A DNA stretch of 60,726 nucleotides, from assembly GCA_902514485.1 (NCBI GenBank), contig CABXQY010000001.1:1-60726 (forward strand). Reading direction: 5' to 3'. The notes below the pieces were generated by a model. The model was not told the DNA's origin, did not search any database, and saw only the letters and a list, made by a program, of their open reading frames with translations. Within the stretch, counting starts at the first letter, position 1. Each line of letters begins with the position of its first letter. Below are positions 32,747-43,900 of the stretch, in pieces. A program made the position numbers and the translations under genes. This DNA is from an uncultured Candidatus Poseidoniales archaeon (GTDB lineage: Archaea > Thermoplasmatota > Poseidoniia > Poseidoniales > Thalassarchaeaceae).

Positions 32747-34765
32747 GTGAGTATACCTTCTCGATATATTGTGAGTTATTCTGGACGAACGAAAATTTTG
32801 ACGGCAATCTGCGTTATTCTTATGTTTTCGATGTTTTTCCCTCTGGAAAATGAAGATAAAGTACTAGATACAGAGATAATAACTAAAAATCAACTGGGCG
32901 GCGGTGGAGGAAGTATAGAAGATAGATGCAGTTCTATTACTTTCGAAGATATTCTGCCTTATACTCATGCACATTTCGATATTGTGGTCAATGATGACTG
33001 GGATTCTGCAGAGGTAGAAGCGAGAGCATGGATAAATGGTAGCAGTGTTGATTTGTTAAGAGAAAAACTCGACTCATATTTGGAAGAACTATATCCGAGC
33101 GGAGGAGATGGTTGGATCTCAACTGATGAAAAATCTGCTGTTGAGGCAGTTGCTTCAGAATGCATAGAATATGCAATGACTCGAATAGGATTGAGAGAGT
33201 CTTCCCCTCACAGAGGGGGCGTGGGATTAGATTGGAAGAATGCTACTTGGCAAGATAATGGCGTTATAATAGAAGAGTGGAATTTAGTCCCTTCTAATCA
33301 TGCAGATATAAGGGATTGTACTGCTATAGGATCTAGTAATGATTGTGAAGAAGTTCCTGTTTATCCCAATTCAGAAAGAGATTGTAATACCTTGGTTGAA
33401 ACTTCTGAGGGAGTAGATGAATGCAGACTTGAACTATGGATGAATGCTACGATGGTAATACCCAATATGGCCCAAGGAGAGGAGTTTACTCTCGCATTTA
33501 ATGCATCTAATATGACCAATGCAGTTCTAGACTTTACATTCCCTAGTAATCCTGATTTAAGATTAGATATGTGGGAAGAATGCGAAGGAAGAGATGTTGA
33601 ATTCGAGCCTATGACTCATGAAGATGCGCCGTTGAGAGGAACATGTGTCGGAGATGGCTCATCCACATATACATTTGAAAATAATGAAGATATCAAGTAT
33701 ATTCTATCCCCACATCGAAGTAGAGATGTTTGGCCTAGTGGAGAGGATATTTTTGCAGATTTTACAATTGCGCCGATACCTATTGACGAACCACCGGTTT
33801 GGACAGAAAATGCACCACTTGATGAATCATGGTTTCCTTCTCTAGAAAGTGGGGAAATAGTATGGGCAGAATGGGATAGCGTTTCTTCATGGTTTGTCGA
33901 TGAAAAACCACTTACTCAATTAGAGGTTAATTGTGAAGCTGATGAATCAGCAAATATATTCCAACGATCGGATAAATCATTCTCAGGAATTATACCAAGC
34001 GATGGAGTCGTAAGTGTTACTTGTGAAGCAATTGATGTCGCAGGACAGAGTTCAGGAAATAGAACTTGGCACCTTGGAATCCCAATTTCTGTATCGACGA
34101 CATCTAATATTCTCCAAAGTCCACACCCGATAAAGATTGAATTGAATCAAGGATGGCCGGAATTAAGTATAGACTATAGTTTCACACAAACTCAAAATAT
34201 TAATTTAGCTACAATTGATACAGTTACGATAATATCAGAAACGACATTAATGGTTGAATCAATGGGAATGAATCCAGGATTGGTTGATCTTTGGGTTGGA
34301 GTTTACGGAGAAAATGTATATCCCGTTGACAAGATATTTAGTCTAAATATAATTAAAGAGAGTTCACCACCTCTGATTTCTGTTTCCGAATATGGATGGG
34401 AATTAGATACTTGGAAGGCACAGGGTCAATTTAGTGACCCAGATGGAGAAGAAGTCGTATTTTCATTATCCATAGATAATATATCAGCAGGTAGTATATC
34501 TGTTTCGGGAGATTCTTGGAGTACTCCGATAATAAATTTCGGATTATGGGATGAAGGAATCCACGAAGTAAAAGTTATTGGTTGCGATATTTCATTGAAA
34601 TGTAACGAGGTTATTATGATGGTAAATAATTCTCATTTATTCAATACAATTGCTCCTCTTCCCGTCGAAAATCCTAAGGAAACTGGTTTTTTGCCCGGGC
34701 CGAGTATTGTTTTAACTATTTTAGCTCTAACTGTCGGTCTCATATACTCGACCCGACGCGAATGA
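32747..34765 (+). CDS. Large secreted surface protein with a C-terminal membrane anchor; function unknown
   Basis: GTG start and N-terminal signal anchor. The protein is acidic, has many N-x-S/T sequons and includes a HYR-like stretch (VSVTCEAIDVAGQSS). The C-terminus is GFLPGPSIVLTILALTVGLIYSTRRE. Confidence 0.55.
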   Translation: MSIPSRYIVSYSGRTKILTAICVILMFSMFFPLENEDKVLDTEIITKNQLGGGGGSIEDRCSSITFEDILPYTHAHFDIVVNDDWDSAEVEARAWINGSSVDLLREKLDSYLEELYPSGGDGWISTDEKSAVEAVASECIEYAMTRIGLRESSPHRGGVGLDWKNATWQDNGVIIEEWNLVPSNHADIRDCTAIGSSNDCEEVPVYPNSERDCNTLVETSEGVDECRLELWMNATMVIPNMAQGEEFTLAFNASNMTNAVLDFTFPSNPDLRLDMWEECEGRDVEFEPMTHEDAPLRGTCVGDGSSTYTFENNEDIKYILSPHRSRDVWPSGEDIFADFTIAPIPIDEPPVWTENAPLDESWFPSLESGEIVWAEWDSVSSWFVDEKPLTQLEVNCEADESANIFQRSDKSFSGIIPSDGVVSVTCEAIDVAGQSSGNRTWHLGIPISVSTTSNILQSPHPIKIELNQGWPELSIDYSFTQTQNINLATIDTVTIISETTLMVESMGMNPGLVDLWVGVYGENVYPVDKIFSLNIIKESSPPLISVSEYGWELDTWKAQGQFSDPDGEEVVFSLSIDNISAGSISVSGDSWSTPIINFGLWDEGIHEVKVIGCDISLKCNEVIMMVNNSHLFNTIAPLPVENPKETGFLPGPSIVLTILALTVGLIYSTRRE

Positions 34766-34768
34766 ATC

Positions 34769-35587
34769 ATGAGTTTCTCCGGGAGTGTCAGCCAACCATC
34801 TCATGAAGGAGGTTTGTTGGTATCTTTCGAAGGTAGGGCTCCGGGACTATATACAGGAATAAGAATTGTAGGTGGAAAATTCTTAGGAAGAGTCGATTCA
34901 GTAATTGGATCAGTAAATGGTGCATTCATTCATATCAAACCACTGGCAGAAGGCGTAGTAGCAGAAAATGCATTAGGTTCGCCTGTTGAGATTGCACCAA
35001 GAGATCGAAGACCACGTGATGATAGAAAGAGAAATAATAGAGGAAGAGACAATAATCGTGGTGGAAATGATAGACGAAGTTTCGATAGAGATATTCATAT
35101 GAAACCAGGGGATTGGCGTTGTCCAAAATGTAAAAATCATAACTATGCCAATAAACAATTCTGTAATCGTTCAACTTGTAACGAAAAGAAACCAAGTGGA
35201 AGTAATAATTCTTATCAGAGAAGAGGCAATGACCGTGGAAGAAACAATAACCGTGGAAGAGACAATAACCGTGGAAGACATAATACTGATGATTCTAACA
35301 TTAAACCAGGTGACTGGATATGCCCGAAATGTAAAAATCATAATTATGCAAGTAAAAATTTCTGTAACCGCTCAAGTTGTGATATGAGAAAACCAGGGGG
35401 GCCAACAAGTTCCAAAGGTAGTAGAAATACACCGGCTAGGGCGAGAAGACCTGATAGAAAATCTACTGAAAAACGAGGGAATAGTAATTCATCACGTAGG
35501 CAAACAAGTCGGCAAAGTTCATCGGGTTCTGGAAAAAGAAGAAGAGACAATAACAGAAGCGGAAAAAAGTTCAATTCAAGAAGATAA
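34769..35587 (+). CDS. gar1: Gar1-like (H/ACA RNP) domain fused to Arg/Asn/Gly-rich repeats and two RanBP2-type zinc fingers
   Basis: The N-terminal GLLVSFEGRAPGLYTGIRIVGGKFLGRVDSVIGSVNGAFIHIKP parallels archaeal Gar1 (GFLIVRT..VPSLNDRVVD...VGIVKDVFGPVKMPYVAIKP). The fingers are GDWRCPKCKNHNYANKQFCNRSTC (nt 35108-35179) and GDWICPKCKNHNYASKNFCNRSSC (nt 35309-35380). Confidence 0.7.
   Translation: MSFSGSVSQPSHEGGLLVSFEGRAPGLYTGIRIVGGKFLGRVDSVIGSVNGAFIHIKPLAEGVVAENALGSPVEIAPRDRRPRDDRKRNNRGRDNNRGGNDRRSFDRDIHMKPGDWRCPKCKNHNYANKQFCNRSTCNEKKPSGSNNSYQRRGNDRGRNNNRGRDNNRGRHNTDDSNIKPGDWICPKCKNHNYASKNFCNRSSCDMRKPGGPTSSKGSRNTPARARRPDRKSTEKRGNSNSSRRQTSRQSSSGSGKRRRDNNRSGKKFNSRR
35233..35286 (+). repeat. 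3 x 18-nt tandem coding repeat (ccgtggaagaNacaataa) encoding RGRNNN-RGRDNN-RGRHNT
   Basis: Read directly: ccgtggaagaaacaataa / ccgtggaagagacaataa / ccgtggaagacataatac. A related copy lies at about 35040-35070. Confidence 0.85.
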
Positions 35588-35607
35588 TTTCTATTTAACA
35601 GACGTCC

Positions 35608-36648
35608 TTGTACCCGAGGTTTAATTTCTTAGAACTAATACCGATGTTTATGGCGAAGGACTCAGAAACGATTTGGCTCGACGCTTTAGATTCAAGAAAA
35701 AGAGGAGATATTGATTCTGCAATAGAACTTGCTAAAGATGTAGTTCATGTGAATGAAGAACATGCTGATGCTTGGATGGGAATAGCAACCTGGTCTCTAC
35801 CCCCTCCATCTAGAGGAAAACAAATACAACCAACTCTCAAACAATCTGCCAAAGCAATGGCTGCTTTAAGGAAGGTTGTACAATATGATTCGAAAAATAT
35901 TGAAGCATGGAAAATCGGTGGCTGGATATTAGTAGATAACTTAGGTATGCTTGAAGATGCCCTTCAGTGGTGGGAAGAATACAGGTATGAATTCCCGAAA
36001 GATGTCACTCCAGTCATAGAACAAATTTCAATATTAGTTAGATTCGGACTATACGAAGAATGTGGCGAAAAAATATCAGAATTATTCAGCGGAAATTTAG
36101 ATACTCTTTCTAGTCAGCAGGCTGTAAGAATTGATGGGGTTAAGAGAATGGTTGAAAGAGCCGCCAATATGGAAAAGGAAGAAATTTTCAAGCCTCAAGA
36201 TTCTACACATCCACGATGGGAAGTAATTGAAAAAATGAAAAAAGTTAAGCCATTAAGTTCAACATTCTGGTTAATTGCTTTCATAGCCCCCGTTGTTTTT
36301 ATTTTTGGTAGCATATCTATGACATTTTTAGGAGGAAGTATACCTGGTTTCATACTTGTTTTTCTAATGATACTCGGAGCTTTTGGTTTCCTGACAAGGG
36401 CTTCGATGGGACTCTTACAAAGAAGGAACCGTCATGCATTAGATGTAGATAGGGCCATTGATTATGAAACCTCATCTGGGAAAATATGTATTCCTGAATC
36501 AATAAGGGGAAGCATTGTTTATAATTCAATGATTAAAAATCGCAGTCCTGCAATTAAGGAAAGACTAGATCTTCTAATTAAAGCAGATGAAAAGATAAGT
36601 TCTAAGTTCATACTAAAAATCCCTACTTGGGATTTAGAGGAAGAGTAG
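35608..36648 (+). CDS. TPR-like N-terminal domain plus two-TM membrane protein; function unknown
   Basis: The helical N-domain has a TPR-like pattern (AIELAKDVVHVNEEHADAWMGIA; NIEAWKIGGWILVD). Two adjacent hydrophobic helices sit at about aa 220-265. The likely start is an internal Met (MFMAKD). Confidence 0.45.
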   Translation: MYPRFNFLELIPMFMAKDSETIWLDALDSRKRGDIDSAIELAKDVVHVNEEHADAWMGIATWSLPPPSRGKQIQPTLKQSAKAMAALRKVVQYDSKNIEAWKIGGWILVDNLGMLEDALQWWEEYRYEFPKDVTPVIEQISILVRFGLYEECGEKISELFSGNLDTLSSQQAVRIDGVKRMVERAANMEKEEIFKPQDSTHPRWEVIEKMKKVKPLSSTFWLIAFIAPVVFIFGSISMTFLGGSIPGFILVFLMILGAFGFLTRASMGLLQRRNRHALDVDRAIDYETSSGKICIPESIRGSIVYNSMIKNRSPAIKERLDLLIKADEKISSKFILKIPTWDLEEE

Positions 36649-36658
36649 AATTATTATT

Positions 36659-37924
36659 CTAGGTTCCTGCACTGTAATCAGTAGAATAGCTAATTTGTTC
36701 ATCAGTTAGTTGGTCAATTGTAACTCCTGTCGTAGATAATTTTAATGCCGCTAATTCACTATCTTGCTCAGTCGTGATATCATAAACGGAATTAGAATAC
36801 GATTTGCCTTCTTTAGCTAATCTGCAAAGTGCAAGAAATTGATTTGCAAAAGACATGTCCATAACCTCGCTAGGATGTCCTTCTGCTGCAGCCAAATTTA
36901 CTAAACGCCCTCGTGCAAGCAAATGAATTGTCCTCCCATCACTCAAACTAAACGCTTCATTATTTTCACGAATTGTAAAAATTTCTACTGCTCTTTCTTC
37001 TAATTCGGGAATATTTATTTCACAATCATAGTGCCCAGTATTACTAATAATTGCACCATCTTTCATTGAATCTATATGACGACCAATTATCACATCTTTC
37101 ATTCCTGTTGCTGTACAAAATATATCACCTATTGATGCTGCGTCATCCATTTTCATTACCCTGAAACCATCCATTATAGCTTTTAGTGCACAAATAGGAT
37201 CTATTTCTGTAATCACTACATTTGCACCCAATCCTCGAGCTCTGTTAGCAAGGCCACGCCCACAATGGCCATATCCGGCAACTACGAATACTTTGCCTGC
37301 AAGAAGAACACTTGTTGACCTTACTATACCATCAATAGTCGACTGCCCTGTTCCATGTACATTATCAAAATCCCACTTGGTCTCTGCATCATTAACTGCT
37401 ATTACTGGATATAATAATTCACCAGCGTCTGCCATAGCTCGAAGTCGGTGTACACCAGTTGTAGTTTCCTCAGTACCACCAATAATTCCTGTAGATAATT
37501 CAGGATATTTGCTGTGGACTCTGTAAATTAAGTCGGCACCATCATCAAGTGTCAAAGTTGGTTTGAAATCTAAAGTACGGTCAATACATTCGTAAAAACC
37601 ATCGTTACTCTGACCATACCAAGCGTGGACTCCATAACCTTCTCTTGCTAACCAAGCAGCTACATCGTCTTGCGTCGATAGAGGGTTACAACCAGACCAA
37701 GAGACTTCTGCGCCAGCAGCAACTATGGTTTCAATTAATATCGCTGTTTCTTTAGTTACGTGAAGACAACCAGAAACTCTCTGACCGGAAAGAGGTTTGT
37801 CAATCTCTGCTTGCTTCCTGAGAGCTGCTAAAGCGGGCATTCTACTTCTTGCCCATGCAACTCTTTTTTCACCTGCATCTGCTAAAGAAATATCTGCAAC
37901 AGTATAAGGCCCTGATGTATCCAT
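36659..37924 (-). CDS. ahcY: Adenosylhomocysteinase
   Basis: Matching blocks: ADISLADAGEKRVAWA, LDDGADL, GGTEETTTGVHRL, INVNDAETK-like AVNDAETKWDFDN and the NAD site VAGYGHCGRG. Confidence 0.95.
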   Translation of the reverse strand: MDTSGPYTVADISLADAGEKRVAWARSRMPALAALRKQAEIDKPLSGQRVSGCLHVTKETAILIETIVAAGAEVSWSGCNPLSTQDDVAAWLAREGYGVHAWYGQSNDGFYECIDRTLDFKPTLTLDDGADLIYRVHSKYPELSTGIIGGTEETTTGVHRLRAMADAGELLYPVIAVNDAETKWDFDNVHGTGQSTIDGIVRSTSVLLAGKVFVVAGYGHCGRGLANRARGLGANVVITEIDPICALKAIMDGFRVMKMDDAASIGDIFCTATGMKDVIIGRHIDSMKDGAIISNTGHYDCEINIPELEERAVEIFTIRENNEAFSLSDGRTIHLLARGRLVNLAAAEGHPSEVMDMSFANQFLALCRLAKEGKSYSNSVYDITTEQDSELAALKLSTTGVTIDQLTDEQISYSTDYSAGT

Positions 37925-37973
37925 AAATCTAAGGCGTTCGCAACTGGTTATTCAAGGTACGTTTTAACGCACC

Positions 37974-37990
37974 CGTATAATTTTTATACG
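37974..37990. promoter_or_regulatory. Palindrome CGTATAA-ttt-TTATACG abutting the stop of the giant gene; a TATA-like element or hairpin upstream of ahcY
   Basis: Perfect 7-bp arms. On the minus strand it reads TATAAAAATTATA about 50-63 nt upstream of the ahcY ATG (37924). Confidence 0.3.
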
Positions 37991-40900
37991 TTAATTTCCG
38001 CCTTTTTGTTGGGCATAGTAAGATGCATAGTATTGCTCAGCATACTGCCTAGCTGTTTGCTCATCATAACCGGATGCAACCATCTGTTGGACATAAGCTT
38101 CCACTGGATCCATCTGCTCGACACCACCAAACTGCTCTACTGCATCGTCATCACTATCTTTACCACCTCTGCCTCGGGCTACAAGAGTGACTCCAACTAT
38201 AGCTAGAATAGCAATTAAACCACCTATTCCTATGAAAAGCGGATTAATACCACCCGATTCAGAGCCACCACATCCTGAAGATGTAGGGTCAAGAACGCAA
38301 GCATCCTTAGGCAGTAAATTGATTACAATTTCTTCAGTCAATACATATCTACTCCCATCTCCCTCAGTTATTCTGAAGTAAAGAGTTGCACTTACACCAC
38401 TAATTGAATAAAGTTCAGATATGTCTAAAGTCATTGAGAAACCATCTCCATCACCTAAATTACTAGATACATTGTATTTACCTATTGACTTTTGAGTGAT
38501 TTTCTGAGTAGGAGTGTAATCCAAGATTAATGGATCTAACGATACCTCTATCATTACATCACTATTTTCAGCACCACCAACGATATTACCTACAATTGTC
38601 ACATCATCAGAGGATTGTGAGTCACTAGGTCTTGGCGAAGTGAAAGACCATACTGGTTGAGCATCGCCATCATCTTCTCCAACTATTATGAAATACATAC
38701 GATATTTGTTTTGAGTTTGCTTACCTGCTTTATCATAAACAATTAACTCGACTCTTACGTCTTTCTCAATTGTTGCACTTGTAGTGATATTTCGGAAAGT
38801 ATAACTCCACTCATCGGTTACTGCTGCAGGATTTTGCCAAACGTGTTGTTCGTCATTGAATTCACCAACTGGCATATCATTAATCACTCTCCATTCATAC
38901 AGAGCTATTCCTGATTCTCCTTCAGGTGCATCAGGATCAGTACTATTCTCACCTGTAAATTGAATTGTTGTCTCTCCCGTCTCAGATAGTCTCACTCTGT
39001 AAACCGGCCAATCAACTCCTGCGATTGGTTTAGTACCTGCAGGAGTGATATATTCAGAAGTCAAATCATCATGGATAATAGTTGCAGCAGAAATTGGGTA
39101 GAAATCATCTGCAAGTGTATCATTAGTGATTAGGCGAATATAAGTAATTCTAGTATGACCTGCGTCATCATGGAGGTAAAGTGTCAATAACCACTCTGCA
39201 CCAATTCGACAAGGTTCATCTACGCCCGCTGCACAAAATGACCCCATAGTTGGTATCGAAGGACTCAACTGATTAGTGTGACTTACCAAACCGGACTCAA
39301 GTACAGCTCCGTCCCAACCAGTGACTGAATCATTGTTACCTGATTCTAAATCCCAGTCTGCAGTTAGGCCAGGGATAGTTGATACATAATTGAATTCTAA
39401 ATCTGCATTGCTCTTAATATATTTATCACGATATGCAGCGGTAGTCGGATTGATATCAACGGATTCACCGTTAATTATCAGATCGAAATCTGTACCTGCA
39501 ATACCGAAGTCAATAGGATATGGAGTTAAGTGATAAGAAAGCATATTGGAAAGTAGAGGTATATTCTCCCCACCATAGGATTCAGAAACACTAGGGTTCT
39601 CTACATCAATAGTCGTAACAATTAATCCACCTGCACCTTTATTGCAAAGAGACATTAGAGAATGCCCTTGATCAGTATCTCTGAGTAATGTGTGGAAAGT
39701 CCCTCCAGTAACACTAATTCGACCACCACATGTGGCAGGTATCTGATTAGTTTGGACTTGGGATGCAACATCTATTCCAGCTGTTGCAACATAATTACCT
39801 GCATGAATTCCAGAAAATGTTACTTTATCAATACCTAACAGTATAGGATGATATGGGTCATCAATCGAGAGATCATCATAATTAATTCTGTTATCAGTTG
39901 AGAAATTATACTGATTTCTATCTTTTATTGCCATATCGAAAATTAATCTACCTGGGTCATATTCATTCTGATATGGACCCAAATGCATCTGTACAGTACC
40001 TCCATTGACCATGAAATTTTCTAGAACATCAACAACACTCAGACCATCGGTATCTCTAGTTGTATCCATTATTTCATAATAATCGCCATAAACGACGTTA
40101 TAATCAGTCTGCCAAGGTAGTAATACCTTATTGTAATGTTCAATCCAATCAGGTGTTGCGTATGTATTCCAGTCATCTACTCTTAATTGAGTGTAGGTCA
40201 TTTCCATAGCTTCAAGATCTTTCTTCACTTGCTGAAGTCGATTCTGATCAGTAGGATTAGACAATATTGCTACATCTACCTGATCATAGAACTCTATTTC
40301 AAAGAATCTCTCATTGCCTGAACTATTACCATCATCGGTGAAAGTTGCAAAGAAACTAATATTGTATTTATGTTCATCATACCAATTAGAATAAGGCGCC
40401 GTCCAATTAGCCCATGACCTCTCATGAGGGACTAAATCAAATGGCCCATTGTCCGAATTCTCCTCATAGACTGTTTGCCCCGTTTCTAAATCCACAATTC
40501 TCATAGTCAATTGATATTCTGCTTCAATAACTCCGTTCAATAATGGTAATACAAAGTCATGTGATGACGCACCATAAGCACCTTGCTGGTCCTTATTTGT
40601 GGTGTAAACACATGCATAAGTTATATCTGTAGTACAGTCCAAAATGTCAGGTTGCATCAAAGTGATATCAGCACTAGCAATACTAAACATTATTGTAGTA
40701 AAGTTATTTGCTAAGTTGACTTCATCTTCATTATACCACTTATCTAGAGGGTCAGTATTATCAAAAATTGTCTTTACATCAATTCGATAAATTCCACTCT
40801 GGAAATCATGATTTGCCACGTTTATTAATTGTCTCTCGGAGGCATCCATACCATTGACATCTACGGTGTAAGTGCCATCATCTTCGAAAGTAAATTCCTC

Positions 40901-43900
40901 AATTCGGATATTATCTATAGCGAATCCAGCGGACCCGGCATTTCCATTTACGCCATCGTCATTTGATAAAAATCTCCATGTCAAGGTAACATCAGATCCT
41001 GAAAGTGAAGTACATTCATCCTGCCATTCAAAGGTACTATCGCTGGTTTGATTTTGCAAGAATATATTTGACATGTCAACTGTAACTGACTTGACAATTT
41101 GCTCAGAGTCATACCAAACAACTGAATTATATTTATCAGAGAAGTCCCCGAAATACTCTACTTCGTCATATCCGTTATTATCGAAATCTTCACAAGAATC
41201 AAAAGGACGTGGCCCGTTCTCATTAAGGTCGGTCCAACTACCAAATATTATACCATTGAAATTTTCTCCATTCTTTGTCCATGAAACTTCCAATTGCGCG
41301 GCATCCCTGATTGCGAGAATATTGCCATCACTATCTTTCAGGTAGTCCCCCTCAGCATAATAATCGAATGTCAAATATGTGAAATCAGCTCCATCCGCTC
41401 CAACTGGTATATCTTCAATAGTCAGAGTCTCATTCCAATTATCACCATAACCAGTATCTGGATGGCCTAACCAATATGCATGATTATTGAAAACTCCTTG
41501 ATTTTGAGGAAGCATGCCATTAGATCCACTTGAGTCATCAATACGACTTCCATTTTCATTACCATCGTCAGTCCAGATTTGATCCGCAGAATTACCAAAA
41601 GAGAAATCTTCTATAGCAACTAAATCAGGAAGTGCATTGCGTACTCTTGCCTCAAGTTGGAAATCTGTTACTGTATTACCATAATTCTGAACCTTGACAT
41701 TAATATCTCTAGTCCCTGATGCATATCTAACGCCATTTTCTAGATCTACCCAAGGTTCTTCAGCCACACCTGGGTCGTAAAGATTGTCGACATTTAACTG
41801 GAATTTCACTTCATCATTTGTTGCATCAGCATTTAGGAAACCGGAAGGATTTTCGAGAGTTGTAGAAATATAGTAGGTCTTGTTATCTACGAAATCGGAG
41901 GTTAATGAAACATCACGTGAAGCACCAGCGCCGAGATTTGTAAATGAGATTTCTTGACTTACTACTTCTTCAGTTCCGAAAGTAACATCTCTCTTCCTGA
42001 TAGAAATATTATCAAATGCAAAACCATCCAAACCTGTATCATAAGATGCACCTTCTGGTCCAACTGAACCTACTAGTCCACTTCTAAATCTAAATCTTAT
42101 ATCGATTACTTGACCAGCATAAGGAGTCAAATCAATTGAATCGATCTTCTCTTGATCGGGAGATTCTGAGCCCTCCTCTGTGAAATTTAGCCAACCGGTT
42201 ATGGTCTCACTAGAAATATCACCATTGTAAGTATTGTATTCCGGATCTACACCCTGATACAGAAGACGGAAATAGCGATCATTATCCCACCCTCCAGCAA
42301 AGAACACTTGTTCCCAACCACTTCCATCACTCCATACTTCAACACTGCATGAATCTTCATACAACCAACGTTCAACAACATCAAACTGTTCGGCAAGATA
42401 TAGTTGGAAGAAAGAAGCACTGCACATTGCCCACATGTCAAGGTAAGCAGCATCAGAACCTGTCAAGTCTACATTTTGAAGAATTACTGCTTCGTCTTGA
42501 TGGTTATAATATCCAGAATCTGATTCGTTCTGACCTCCCTCATAATCGAGTCCAGCCCAATAATAGTTTGTAGGGTTAGAGTCTGCTTCCCATGCTGATG
42601 CATTTTGATTTACAGTTGAACCAGTTTCTACATGCCAAGATGAGTCTCCTTCATCAAATTCTCCCGTATAAGAGAATTTTTCCCAAGCACACGAGTTACA
42701 ACCAGATGTATCTTCATTACCATCAAAATCATTAGCATATACTATTGTATCTACACCACCTAATACTTCTTTCACTTCTAGGTCAACATCTACACTTCCT
42801 GAAATTGGATTTAATCCTGTATTTTTAATTGTGACATTGACATATCTGTTTCCTTCACCAAGTTGAGCGGCTCCAGTTGCAGGATTATATGAAGCAGGAG
42901 CTACAGAAACATCTGTGATACCTACATCTTCATTGTCAAGAGATAATACTGAGAGGAAATCGCCTGCACCAGGCCAACCCTGAGTATCTAGCCACATCGC
43001 ATTATTAGCAAATCTGTAAGCGTAATCACGTTGCCCTATCACAATTTCGAATGCACTGTCTTCACCACCTTGTAATTGCCCCGGGTGCGCCATAGTAGGC
43101 CTTCTTCCAACATCAAAAGAAAGCCCTGGAAGATAGCCATTACCATTAGGATTACCAAGAAGTATCTCCACTGAATTGATTTCTCTCAAATTATCAAGAA
43201 GGAGGAAGGTCTGATTCTGAGAAGTAGAATCTTGAATTCTTGTTAAGGTTAACTCAGTAGGAATAAAGAAATCATATATTCCGTCTTGATTAATATCTTC
43301 AATTGTGATAGATGCACCTTTGAAATCACCTAGGTAGGCGTAATTTTGAGTAGTCCAAGAGGAACCGGACCCATAGGCATATGACACATTACCGGTCAAA
43401 CCATCGATAGCTGCAATCAGATCAATCTCTCCATTGTTATCGGTATCCTTGATATCTATCCCATACAGTGGTTCATTGTGCTCAGCATCTAATTTGAACT
43501 CATGAACTCCTTGAGCACCGGGAGTTAATGGATTTGGGTATTGCCCCTGAAGGCAATCATATTCTAGGACAGTCATATTGTCATAATGCCCTACTGAAGT
43601 CCCCACTCCTGTATTATATGGAGGGGTTCTAAGTAACCAAATATCAAGATCTTCACAATCACCAATACCACCGCCACCGGGGAATCCCCCGCCAGTTACG
43701 GTTTCACCATAATGGCCAAGCATCATGTCAGTGTAAAGTCCGGTTGTAAGAGGGACTGCAAGCGTTTGTTGAGCAGTTAGTAATGTTGGATCTGGTCCTT
43801 TATAGATCTGAATATATTGATTTGTAGCGGTATTATCTCTAACTACCATAACAATATCTGCATTACCATCGCCATCTATGTCGCCTACTTCCATATCAGA

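Noticed and set aside
35145-35387. 80-aa plus-strand ORF and two minus-strand ORFs (34935-35195, 35344-35574) inside the Gar1-like gene
   Set aside because: These are alternative frames of the repetitive Arg/Asn-rich coding sequence. Only the 34769 frame yields the Gar1-like core and the two Cys4 fingers.
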